Shown in pieces: positions 39,181 through 48,369 of a stretch of DNA of 64,000 bases. Made by a program: the position numbers and the translations under genes. The notes under the pieces were generated by a model that was not told the DNA's origin, searched no databases, and was given only the letters and a program-made list of their open reading frames with translations. Within the stretch, counting starts at the first letter, position 1. The number at the start of each line of letters is the position of its first letter. The stretch covers positions 1,148,413-1,212,412 of the forward strand of contig CAWCOU010000006.1 of assembly GCA_963797335.1 (NCBI GenBank), written 5' to 3'. The DNA comes from an uncultured Gammaproteobacteria bacterium. Its GTDB lineage: Bacteria > Pseudomonadota > Gammaproteobacteria > JAURND01.

Positions 39181-39228
39181 GGAGAAACTTCTCCCTGCTG
39201 GGGCGTTTCTCTCTATATTTTATCTTTT
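39181..39228 (+). terminator. G-rich hairpin GGAGAAACttctCCCtgctGGGgcGTTTCTC + T-run
   Basis: Outer 7-bp stem GAGAAAC/GTTTCTC. Same family. Confidence 0.5.
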
Positions 39229-39240
39229 AGGAGAAACGCT

Positions 39241-40335
39241 ATGTTATTTCAACGACTCGCCCGAAATTTTGTCAAATTCGGGTATTTTCCAACCGACAGT
39301 GAAACGCTGAAACGTGTACTTGCTGCCATAGCTCCCTGCGAAAGCGGCACTATGGCTATTTTCGATCCCACCGCCGGTGAGGGTGTTGCCCTGGCCGAAT
39401 GCAAACATCATTTAGGTCAAGATCGCATTCTCGCCTACGGTGTCGAAATTGATGAAGAGCGTGCCTGGCACGCCAAAACACTATTGGATCACTGCATTCA
39501 CGGTGATTTGATGGATTGCATCATCAGTAAGAACAGTTTTGGGTTGGTTTTCTTTAATCCGCCTTACGGGGATTTGAGTAAAGATCAAAGCGGCGGCCAT
39601 TTCACAATGGAAGGCCGTGCGCGCCTGGAAAAATTGTTTTACCGGCGCACGGTGGGTCTGCTGCAAAAGGGTGGAGTCATCGTCATGATTGTTCCGCACT
39701 ATTCACTGGACAGTGCTTTTGCCGATTGGATATCGCGGCATTTCACAGCCGTTAAGACTTACCTGGCGCCTGAGCAACAATACAAGCAAGTAGTGTTGTT
39801 TGGGATCCGCCGGGAAGTCGATAACGTCAGTGATCGCCATGCTATACGACAGCGGTTAGCGCGTATAGGCCAGGGGGAATTACCGCCCGTCTTGCCGGAA
39901 ATTTGGCTGGATGAGTCTTATACGGTTCCTGCGGTCAAAACCGCTGTTTCCCGTTTCTGCATTAGCCGACTGGATGCTCGGCAGTTAGCGGAAATGCGGG
40001 ACAACACACCAGGCTTATGGTCGCAGTTTACGCTGCGTTTCAGCCAAGCTTTAACCGGTCAGAAACAACCACTGATGGATTTATCGCAGTGGCATTTGGC
40101 CTTAGCTTTGGCTGCCGGACAAATGTCGGGAGCGGTGACCAGCCGGGATGGGCGTACTTACCTGATTCGGGGCAGTACTTATAAAACCCAAACCGAGCGT
40201 GTCATCTGCGAACTGGATGAGGAAGGCAAGGAAACCTGGGTGCGTGTGCGGTTGGATCGATTTGTGCCGACCCTACGCGCTTTAGACATGACGCCGAAGA
40301 GTAATACCTTCGGTCAAGTGCTAACCATACGTTAA
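39241..40335 (+). CDS. orphan N6-adenine DNA methyltransferase (no cognate endonuclease)
   Basis: Motif I FDPTAGEGV. Motif IV FFNPPYG. ATG at 39241 follows AGGAGAAAC. The track start 39121 runs through the terminator. Confidence 0.7.
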   Translation: MLFQRLARNFVKFGYFPTDSETLKRVLAAIAPCESGTMAIFDPTAGEGVALAECKHHLGQDRILAYGVEIDEERAWHAKTLLDHCIHGDLMDCIISKNSFGLVFFNPPYGDLSKDQSGGHFTMEGRARLEKLFYRRTVGLLQKGGVIVMIVPHYSLDSAFADWISRHFTAVKTYLAPEQQYKQVVLFGIRREVDNVSDRHAIRQRLARIGQGELPPVLPEIWLDESYTVPAVKTAVSRFCISRLDARQLAEMRDNTPGLWSQFTLRFSQALTGQKQPLMDLSQWHLALALAAGQMSGAVTSRDGRTYLIRGSTYKTQTERVICELDEEGKETWVRVRLDRFVPTLRALDMTPKSNTFGQVLTIR

Positions 40336-40347
40336 GGAGACATCACA

Positions 40348-40950
40348 ATGACAACTGAATTTTTACAATCAGAGGAATTGTCGGGTCTGTTTATCGACGG
40401 TCTGGTCACTGACTCGGAGGACAATTTATTGTTTCTTTCCGCCTGGGGGAATGAATCTCAGGTGCAACACATACGGGCGCAATTATCTCTGCCTGTATGG
40501 GAAGGGCAATTGCGTCATTTTCAACTGCAAAATCCGAAGGGCTTACGTGTGGATACAGTCCGTTTAGATCGTAACGTACTGGAAGACATCACCGGCAGGC
40601 CGTTGGGAAATACGGTATTTTCCCATCTGACTCAGTTGTGGATTTATCATCGTTTAGCAGTCACGCCGGACAACGGCAATCATCAGGCCGTGTTGTTGCG
40701 TCAACACAGCGAAAGTGAAAAGCTGTTTAAAAAGCGTGTTTGGGAGGCGGTGCAAGTGATTTGTCCGGTTCCTTTGCATTTTGGCTGGGAACCCTTTTTA
40801 TTGGATAAATTGGTTTTAAATCATTGGGTGACTTTTTGTCGTGGGTTTCAAGTCGATGCTTGTTGTCTGAATTTTTCCGACTCTGAGGTAGAAGCTTTTA
40901 TCTCGGATCAGGTACGGACAGGGGCGTTAACTTTACCTTCGCTACAATAA
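40348..40950 (+). CDS. hypothetical protein between methyltransferase and helicase
   Basis: 200 aa. RBS aaggaga. Confidence 0.5.
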   Translation: MTTEFLQSEELSGLFIDGLVTDSEDNLLFLSAWGNESQVQHIRAQLSLPVWEGQLRHFQLQNPKGLRVDTVRLDRNVLEDITGRPLGNTVFSHLTQLWIYHRLAVTPDNGNHQAVLLRQHSESEKLFKKRVWEAVQVICPVPLHFGWEPFLLDKLVLNHWVTFCRGFQVDACCLNFSDSEVEAFISDQVRTGALTLPSLQ

Positions 40951-41066
40951 GTCATTTTTATCGTCGGTCGATAGCACCATCATCGACCGGCAATTTTTTT
41001 ACCCGTAGGGGTCGGCAACCCCTACGGGCTGCGTGACCTCTGCTTTTTACTAGACTGGAGAGAGCT

Positions 41067-43433
41067 ATGTCACTGGAAATCAATTCAATACCGACCGGAT
41101 TTAATATACCGGCCGTTACTTCAATCGTTGAGGAGGAGTTTGACGACAATCAGGTTGCATCATTAACGGATGACGATGCCAATCCACCTACAGTTCTGCC
41201 TTTATCACAATTCATCGATGATTTTGGGACGGGACTATTGCAAGCAGTGCGACGACAAAATCCACCGCTGTTTAATGGCTTGGTTAACGAGAAACGTGCA
41301 GCAGTTTTAGCCGGTTTAAAACGTCAGCCGTTTGTCGCTCAAGCACGAGTGGTGCAGGCCGTATCGCAATTGCTGCTCGATCGAAATGAACGAGCCGCAA
41401 TTGTGAACGGAGAAATGGGCGTGGGAAAAACGCAGATGGGTATTGCCATCGCCGCTGTGGCTCATGCGGAAGGTCATCATCGTACTTTGGTGCTTTGCCC
41501 GCCGCATTTGGTTTACAAGTGGCGTCGTGAAATTCTGGAGATTGTTCCTGATGCGCAAGTCGTTATTTTAAACGGCTCCGATACTTTGAAGAAATTGCAG
41601 GCTTTGGTCGGACAAGAGAAATTCTTGCCCAATTCAACGCCGGTATTTTATGTCATGGGTCGGGTAAGACTGCGTATGGGACATCACTGGAAGCTCTCAG
41701 TAGTGCCGCGGCGCGTTTACCACGCGTTAAACGCTCAGGAAGAAGACGGCGTGACTCAGCAGGTGGACAAACACAGCGTGTTGGCCAGTTGCGGCCATTG
41801 CGGTGCTTTTGTCGCGACGGTAACCGGTAAATATCTGAGGATGGAGCAAATATCCTCCGATCATAAGCTGAACTGTCTGCAATGCCGTGAGCCCTTATGG
41901 ACATTGGTACATCCTCGTCAACCTGCACCTTTAAAGGAACAGGTTCGTCAAGGTCTGTGCCAGTTGCCGGGGATTGGTAAGCAAATGGCCGAACGGCTGC
42001 TCAATCAGTTTGATGAAGGGTTATTGGCGAGCAGTTTAAGCGATAACCTCTACCAACTGGTGCAGCTGATGGACGATAACGGTCAGTTTGTGTTTTCCGA
42101 TCGGCAGGCAAAACGGATAGAGCGTGCATTAGGAAGCTTTGAGGTGAACATCGGCCAGGCGGGATATCAAGCGTCGGAGTATATCAAACGCTATCTCCCG
42201 AAAGGCTTTTTTTCACTGCTCATTGTGGACGAAGCGCATGAGTTTAAAAACGCCAGCAGCGCGCAAGGCCAGGCAATGGGTGTATTGGCCGGTCAGGTCA
42301 ATAAAGTCTTATTGCTGACGGGAACGCTGATGGGCGGTTATGCCGATGATCTCTTTTATTTGCTGTGGCGTATTTTACCCCACCGCATGATAGAAGATGG
42401 TTATGGCTACAACTGCCGCGGCTCCCTGGGTTCTGCCGCTATGGGGTTTATGCAGAAGCATGGCATCCTGAAGGAAGTCTATAAAACGACGGAGGAAGGC
42501 CATCACCGGACGGCTCGCGGTAAGCGTGAATACGTGCAGACCAGCAAAGCCCCCGGTTTCAGTCCGTTGGGTGTGGCGCGTTACCTGCTGCCTTATACTG
42601 CATTTTTAAAGCTGCGGGATTTGGAGCAGAATGTGTTGCCGGAGTATCGGGAACATTTTGTAAACGTGGCCATGACTTCAGAGCAATCGGCTTGCTATGA
42701 GGAATTGGAACGTGCGCTGAAAAACGAGCTGCGTGGTGCTTTACGCAGAGGAGACCATACCCTGTTAGGTGTGGTGCTAAACTGCCTGTTAGCCTGGCCG
42801 GATTGTTGTTTTCGTGAGGAAACGGTGGTTCATCCCAGACGAAACACGGTTTTAGCCCACGTCCCGATTGTCCTGGACGAGGATCCTTCTCCGAAAGAAC
42901 GGCAGATGTTGGAACTGTGTTTGCAGGCCAAACGTGAAGGTCGAAAGACATTGGTGTATACCATTTACACTGGTACTCGCGACACAACCGTGAGGCTGAA
43001 AACGTTGTTGGAGCAAGCCGGTCTGAAAACAGCCGTATTGCGTTCCACCGTAGCGGCAGATCGAAGGGAAGATTGGATTATGGAACAGGTTGACAAGGGG
43101 ATTGACGTTTTGGTTTGTCATCCCGAATTGGTAAAAACCGGCCTTGATCTTTTATCCTTTCCGACGATTGTGTTTATGCAGTCTGGGTATAATGTTTATA
43201 CTTTGCTGCAAGCGACACGACGCAGTTGGCGCATCGGTCAAACTCAACCGGTGGCTGTTCATTTTCTGGGTTATGAACGGACGGCGCAAATAGAGTGCCT
43301 TTCACTGATGGCCAAGAAGATTGCGGTGAGTCAATCCACCGCAGGGACAATGCCCGAAACCGGCCTTGATGTGTTGAACATGGAGGCTGAGAGTGTTGAA
43401 GTGGCGTTGGCTAAGCAGTTGCTTGAAGAGTAG
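41067..43433 (+). CDS. SNF2-family DEAH-box helicase
   Basis: Walker A GEMGVGKTQ. Motif II LLIVDEAHEFKN. Motif VI QATRRSWRIGQTQPV. Confidence 0.85.
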   Translation: MSLEINSIPTGFNIPAVTSIVEEEFDDNQVASLTDDDANPPTVLPLSQFIDDFGTGLLQAVRRQNPPLFNGLVNEKRAAVLAGLKRQPFVAQARVVQAVSQLLLDRNERAAIVNGEMGVGKTQMGIAIAAVAHAEGHHRTLVLCPPHLVYKWRREILEIVPDAQVVILNGSDTLKKLQALVGQEKFLPNSTPVFYVMGRVRLRMGHHWKLSVVPRRVYHALNAQEEDGVTQQVDKHSVLASCGHCGAFVATVTGKYLRMEQISSDHKLNCLQCREPLWTLVHPRQPAPLKEQVRQGLCQLPGIGKQMAERLLNQFDEGLLASSLSDNLYQLVQLMDDNGQFVFSDRQAKRIERALGSFEVNIGQAGYQASEYIKRYLPKGFFSLLIVDEAHEFKNASSAQGQAMGVLAGQVNKVLLLTGTLMGGYADDLFYLLWRILPHRMIEDGYGYNCRGSLGSAAMGFMQKHGILKEVYKTTEEGHHRTARGKREYVQTSKAPGFSPLGVARYLLPYTAFLKLRDLEQNVLPEYREHFVNVAMTSEQSACYEELERALKNELRGALRRGDHTLLGVVLNCLLAWPDCCFREETVVHPRRNTVLAHVPIVLDEDPSPKERQMLELCLQAKREGRKTLVYTIYTGTRDTTVRLKTLLEQAGLKTAVLRSTVAADRREDWIMEQVDKGIDVLVCHPELVKTGLDLLSFPTIVFMQSGYNVYTLLQATRRSWRIGQTQPVAVHFLGYERTAQIECLSLMAKKIAVSQSTAGTMPETGLDVLNMEAESVEVALAKQLLEE

Positions 43434-43441
43434 TTAATATA

Positions 43442-43480
43442 AATACCCCATTGACAATTTAGTTGATGGGGTATTTATTA
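43442..43480 (+). terminator. hairpin AATACCCCAT-N12-ATGGGGTATT + T-rich tail
   Basis: Perfect 10-bp stem just after the helicase stop. Confidence 0.55.
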
Positions 43481-43501
43481 TTCTGCGCTTAGTATTTTTA
43501 A

Positions 43502-44023
43502 ATGTTGTCTCCTGAAAGGAAAAAAATGTTCTCGAGTATCGTTCCGTTTATTATTACCATTATTATCGCAATTGCTGCATGGAATATTATCTATAAAGTA
43601 CTTCATAGAATAGATTCTAAGGTGACAGCATCTATTATTGTTTTGCTATCTTTATTTTTTATTTATCAGTTTTCCAATGAATTTTATGTCACATTAAATA
43701 AAATGTTTTTTCAATTTGACGCAGCTGGAGATGTGCAAGCTAAATATTCTCCCCTACGTGTCCCAAAAAATGCTACACCAGCAAGCTATTGTTCACAATT
43801 CACAGGCACAAAAGACATCATGTATGACAATAATTCAGATAGTTTTTACTGTGGAAAAATTTGGAATTTTACAAAAGATAAATACGCAAGAATACCATAT
43901 AAGCTATTGCCAAATGGCAAAGCCGAATATTGGATAGGTGTTGGTAATATAATTACTGGTAGACAGCCATATAACATTTACGAACTAAACAAATTATTTA
44001 ATGAACAGCCAGATATCCAATAG
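43502..44023 (+). CDS. hypothetical membrane-anchored protein (low-GC cargo)
   Basis: 173 aa, N-terminal TM. Alternative start at 43526. Confidence 0.45.
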   Translation: MLSPERKKMFSSIVPFIITIIIAIAAWNIIYKVLHRIDSKVTASIIVLLSLFFIYQFSNEFYVTLNKMFFQFDAAGDVQAKYSPLRVPKNATPASYCSQFTGTKDIMYDNNSDSFYCGKIWNFTKDKYARIPYKLLPNGKAEYWIGVGNIITGRQPYNIYELNKLFNEQPDIQ

Positions 44024-44124
44024 GACTAATATAGAATCTTCTTAATGATTTTATGAGGTCTTGGCTTTAGATTTTAATGGGTGAAAAGCAATCCAAAAAA
44101 TCCATCATAACTTGTTGCAAACAC

Positions 44125-44156
44125 CTTGTATGGACTGCGGATGCAGTCCATACAAG
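44125..44156. repeat. perfect 14-bp inverted repeat CTTGTATGGACTGC-ggat-GCAGTCCATACAAG at the edge of a ~250-bp GC-rich structured insert (44100..44345)
   Basis: Read directly. Local GC is much higher than the flanks. Confidence 0.5.
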
Positions 44157-44951
44157 CGCCTGCACAAAGCCACCATGCAAATCTGTCTGAGTTGCAGGCG
44201 CGTGACCCCTTGCTTGCAAGGGCCGGCGTTTCTGGAGGCAATGTTGGCAATGAATCCGGGGTTTAGCGAGAAGCTTCTTTATGTCCCTGAACCCATCCCT
44301 GCCAAACCCTTATGCTCGAAGCTGCTGACGCGGTTTAGTTTGGAGAATGGCTCTAACTTCAGCAGGTATTCTAATTCGTAATTTTTGAATTCATCTCTTT
44401 TGAAAAATCACCATGCGCTTCCTGAAAAAATATGTTTTCTGTTGGATTTGGATGCTTCTATCCGCCGCTGCTTTTGCCAAAATATCGGTGTAATCGGTCA
44501 GATCTATCTCATTGCTGAAGTGGTCCGTATCCCAACAGTCAGAACACTTTAAGAAGCATGTGTATTTTGATCAAGGAGGTCACTTGGTAAACCGCTTAAC
44601 ATCACGCATACGCCTGTTTTAGTCACGCAAGTGAACTAGTCTAAATGATTAATTTCAAATTTAATTTCAAATTTAATGAATTTACAAGCCGATATAAATG
44701 AGCTACACTCACCATAAAATGCCATAAAAATTGCGCTTTCTAAAAAATAATACCTCAAATTAATCCTATTCTAGATATGAATCTAACCTTACAAGCGCAT
44801 CTTATACAATTAAGCCAATGAGAATTAATTTTATCAGACTATTTTGTAGTGAAAATTTAAATAGAATTGATATCTTTTATCGTTTTTAATCAAGTATAAA
44901 ATTATTCCAACCCCGCGCCTAAAATAATAACTTTGTTTTTTAAGGGAAGAT

Positions 44952-47096
44952 ATGTCAGAAGAAGATAAAACACCAGAAAAAAAAGGAAATAAAACAGTAG
45001 CGCATGAAGACATGAGTTTACTGGGAAACAATTTAGGCTACAAAACTGTTTTTCGTCATCTAATAAGAGTTGGGACAAGTATGTCTCATTTCGAGAAGCA
45101 TTTTCAGCTTAATTCAAATCATGATGATGTAGATTATCAAAACATTTTCTTCAACACATTTATTAGAATCAGTCGCACAAAGAGATCCAATTTTGATGAC
45201 CTTATGAAATTGCTGATCAATCCAATTGATCATCCAGTAAATCCATCAAATGAATTCCCAAGATCACATCCAGTTCGACGTTGGGTTTGGAAGCGTCATC
45301 AAAAGGTATGGGTGGAGACTGAAGCAGTAGTATATTTACACTCTGAAACTGTGAAGGGATTTACACCCGCATTTGCTGCGGTTATCAGAGAAATAGAAGC
45401 TATGATTTTGCCTTATAAATTTGACTCAGTTGGCATATCTATTATAAATCATAAAGGCGATAGCAACATAGTTCTGAAATATAGCTTAAAAGATCCAAAA
45501 GAATCAATTTGCATCAATCTACACCTTAACCATGCAAATGATTTTCTACCCGAGCATACTCTTTCGGATATTCAAAATATACCCCATAAATTCTTTGCAG
45601 CTGCGTCAGCAACAATTCCGAGAAACTTGCAGTCACAATGCCCATATAATGAATCTTTCGAAACTCTTACAATAATGCAGCAAATGTCTTTGGGTAATTT
45701 TAGAAAATTAAGCGTAATTAGTCACGATTTTATAAGTTTAGCAAATTTTGGCTTCGGATATTATAATAAAAAGACTAAATCTTTTAGAGGTGCAGAGCAA
45801 TGTTATTTTTTAAATCTGGAATATAATCGAAACCGACGAACGTTGATGAGGGCGCAGCGCGCCCAAAATCAGGCTGCGATGCAAAGAAGACCTAGTGTGA
45901 GCGCTATAAGCACCCTTTCAGAAGGAAATTTAGACGATGACAAAGGCAGTGCAGATGATGAACAAAGCACCAGACCTAACACACCCTTCAATGATCCAAC
46001 CTCAACATCATCTTCCAAAAAGAATTCTATAGATTTCACCAGCTCAATGACTTCACCCTTGCCTAACGTGGTTAGCAACGAAGAAATACAACTACAAAGA
46101 GATGCTGAAAACTACGAAGTCAATAAAGAAGGTGAAATAAAATTTAAAAAACCAGCACCTGTGGCCGGAACAGTAGACTCACTAGAAGACCAAACAGAAA
46201 CTCAAGATAATGAATCAGAAGATGGGGTATTTCTTGGAGAACCCACCGATACTGGCGCAGAAACTTACGGTACTGAAAAAGAAAAAATTGGCGAAAAATT
46301 TGTTCCCCCCACGGAATATGGAGTTTCTCAGTCTTCAACCCAGACGGGCGCTCCAAGCGGAACAGAATTCCATCAAGACCCATTTAATCTAATCGGCTTG
46401 ACAGGATTGCAAATCGATCCAGAATCACAAATGCCTTTACGGGGAACCGAGAATAATGAGTACTTATTGCCACAAGAGGAAACCGAAAATTTTCCAAGCA
46501 AAGAGTTAGAAACACAAGATGCAATGGGAATTAATGAGATTCAACAGCAATTTTTAGAAACAGCTGCTGAAACATCCCATGTACATAAAGGGTCTGGATT
46601 CGTTCCGGAAGGAAAACCCATATATCCTCCTCCAATGGGTTTCTTTTCCCAACCGACATATCCTATCAATCCAATCGATGCAGGAATCCATTTTTATTTT
46701 CAAGCTAAGGAGCTTTGTGAACACCATCAATACTCAGCGGCCTTACCTCTTGTCATTGAAAGTTTAGCGTTACTAGATCATAAAATTAATCACGGGAATA
46801 AATACCTGGCTTACGCATATCATTTAGCAGGGCTAATTTATTTTAATCTTGGATGTCATGCGATGCATAATAGTTTTCTCAACGAAGCACAAGAAAATTT
46901 TTCAATATGCCATAGTTATTTTTCTGGTGCTATTCAACGTTATGAAACCTTATATTCGATCGGATGCATAACCCAACCTGATAGGGATAGATACGTACAT
47001 ACAGTTATAACGCAAAATAACATAACATTAAAAAATATCGAACTGTGTAATGAAATAGTCTCAGCCCAGCCCGCAACAACCTTGTTTTTGAGATAG
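44952..47096 (+). CDS. large eukaryote-like protein with long acidic/Ser-Thr-rich disordered region and TPR-like C-terminus (effector candidate)
   Basis: 714 aa, low GC. Disordered 300-550 segment. C-terminus YLAYAYHLAGLIYFNLG. Confidence 0.5.
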   Translation: MSEEDKTPEKKGNKTVAHEDMSLLGNNLGYKTVFRHLIRVGTSMSHFEKHFQLNSNHDDVDYQNIFFNTFIRISRTKRSNFDDLMKLLINPIDHPVNPSNEFPRSHPVRRWVWKRHQKVWVETEAVVYLHSETVKGFTPAFAAVIREIEAMILPYKFDSVGISIINHKGDSNIVLKYSLKDPKESICINLHLNHANDFLPEHTLSDIQNIPHKFFAAASATIPRNLQSQCPYNESFETLTIMQQMSLGNFRKLSVISHDFISLANFGFGYYNKKTKSFRGAEQCYFLNLEYNRNRRTLMRAQRAQNQAAMQRRPSVSAISTLSEGNLDDDKGSADDEQSTRPNTPFNDPTSTSSSKKNSIDFTSSMTSPLPNVVSNEEIQLQRDAENYEVNKEGEIKFKKPAPVAGTVDSLEDQTETQDNESEDGVFLGEPTDTGAETYGTEKEKIGEKFVPPTEYGVSQSSTQTGAPSGTEFHQDPFNLIGLTGLQIDPESQMPLRGTENNEYLLPQEETENFPSKELETQDAMGINEIQQQFLETAAETSHVHKGSGFVPEGKPIYPPPMGFFSQPTYPINPIDAGIHFYFQAKELCEHHQYSAALPLVIESLALLDHKINHGNKYLAYAYHLAGLIYFNLGCHAMHNSFLNEAQENFSICHSYFSGAIQRYETLYSIGCITQPDRDRYVHTVITQNNITLKNIELCNEIVSAQPATTLFLR

Positions 47097-47267
47097 ACAC
47101 CATTATATCCAATATATCCGAGAATTTTAATTCTCTCTCTGGCTTAGATAAGTCCTCATTTACCTCGAAATTATCTTACTCCATTGCTCCTGCGCTGACT
47201 GGCACCCGTTCGGCTCTAACTGCTCTTTCCCGTGTCTTCCTTTTTGAAGATTGACCCCATGTATTTA

Positions 47268-47315
47268 ATATCATAAAATATCGATATATTATTAAATCGA
47301 TATTTTATGATATTT
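47268..47315. promoter_or_regulatory. perfect 19-bp inverted repeat AATATCATAAAATATCGAT-N10-ATCGATATTTTATGATATT immediately upstream of the kfrA-like gene: candidate operator
   Basis: Read directly. The ATG is 14 nt downstream. Confidence 0.5.
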
Positions 47316-47328
47316 AAAGGAGATTCAC

Positions 47329-47922
47329 ATGCGTCAAGAACTCATCACCTACGATATTTTTTGCCAGGCCATCCAAAAAATGCAGGAACAGGGCGAAAAA
47401 ATGTCTGTGCGCACCATACTCAGCCACACCGGCGGCTCTTTTGCGAAGATAGCAGACTTTCTGAAACGCTGGAGAACGGAGCAAGCCTATGCTCAATCTC
47501 AGACAGGCCGGGAGATATCCCAGCATCTGACACAAGCCATACTGGCAGAAATTGGCAAAGCCGAGGAACAGGCCAAAGCTGCGTTGGAGGTGCAACTCTC
47601 CCAGGCCAATGAACAACTAGAAGAAACTCATGAGATTTTGAGCAAACAGGAGAAGTTAATAGAAGAATACGAACAACAGATCGGCCAACTTAATCAACAA
47701 GTCGCCGTGATGACTCAAGTTCAGAATCAGCAATCGGAAAGAATGCAACAGGTAGAAAAGAAATTGGAACAAACGGTAGAGGCTCAGCATACCGCCGATA
47801 AACAAGCCGCCATTGCCGAAGCTCGGTATGCCGAATTGGAGAGGCAACTGGTTAATACTCAGAAAAAAAGTGAAATGCCTAAAGAAAAGCAGGCTAAACA
47901 ACGCAAGGTTGTTCTGACTTAA
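47329..47922 (+). CDS. kfrA: KfrA-like protein: KfrA_N DNA-binding domain + long coiled coil
   Basis: N-terminus ITYDIFCQAIQKMQEQGEKMSVRTILSHTGGSFAKIADFLKRWR resembles the KfrA N-domain. The rest is E/Q/K heptads. Confidence 0.6.
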   Translation: MRQELITYDIFCQAIQKMQEQGEKMSVRTILSHTGGSFAKIADFLKRWRTEQAYAQSQTGREISQHLTQAILAEIGKAEEQAKAALEVQLSQANEQLEETHEILSKQEKLIEEYEQQIGQLNQQVAVMTQVQNQQSERMQQVEKKLEQTVEAQHTADKQAAIAEARYAELERQLVNTQKKSEMPKEKQAKQRKVVLT

Positions 47923-47977
47923 CTGCGGACCTATTGACATATCATAAGGCTGATATATGATCTAGCTAGTATGTCTA

Positions 47978-48098
47978 CACTGCAAGACTCTAAACCGCAG
48001 TGATAAATCAGGCGAAGCTACGATGAAACTCCCTGATTGCCGCTCTAAGGCTTCGTAGCTGTACCCGTTTTCTCCGGGGATTCTTCTCATACCTTTGA
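47978..48098 (+). other. conserved structured noncoding element, copy B
   Basis: CACTGC-aaGACTcTAAAcCg-CAGTG ... GCTACGATGAAA ... TTCGTAGCTGTACCCgTTTT..GGGGATTCTtCT. Followed by further hairpins up to the DUF551 gene. Confidence 0.5.
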
Positions 48099-48369
48099 TA
48101 GCTGTTCAGCTATTTTTGCTTTCGACACAAGCATATTAATCCCAAGTCTACCTAATCCGAACCTTTACCGGCGAAGAATCAGTAGATAAGGCTTTCCTCA
48201 TCGTAATTTGCAGCGACTCTGTTACCCAAGTAAGCGGCTTCGGCAGCTTATGAAATCGTCTCTCAGGAGGCGTCGTTTTCATAGCAATATGAAAATGTCA
48301 CTTAACTGTTAAGGTTGGAATACTAGTAATTAGCGTGATAATTGAATTTCATTACTGGGGGGATTATTC

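Noticed and set aside
41316-42987. Several 80-140-aa minus-strand ORFs (41316..41558, 41653..41928, 42559..42987, 42852..43121)
   Set aside because: All lie inside the well-supported SNF2 helicase gene on the opposite strand. They are GC-skew artefacts.
44112-44381. 89-aa Cys-rich track ORF
   Set aside because: It lies within a GC-rich palindromic insert, has no RBS, and its reading frame is created by the hairpin sequences. Treated as noncoding.
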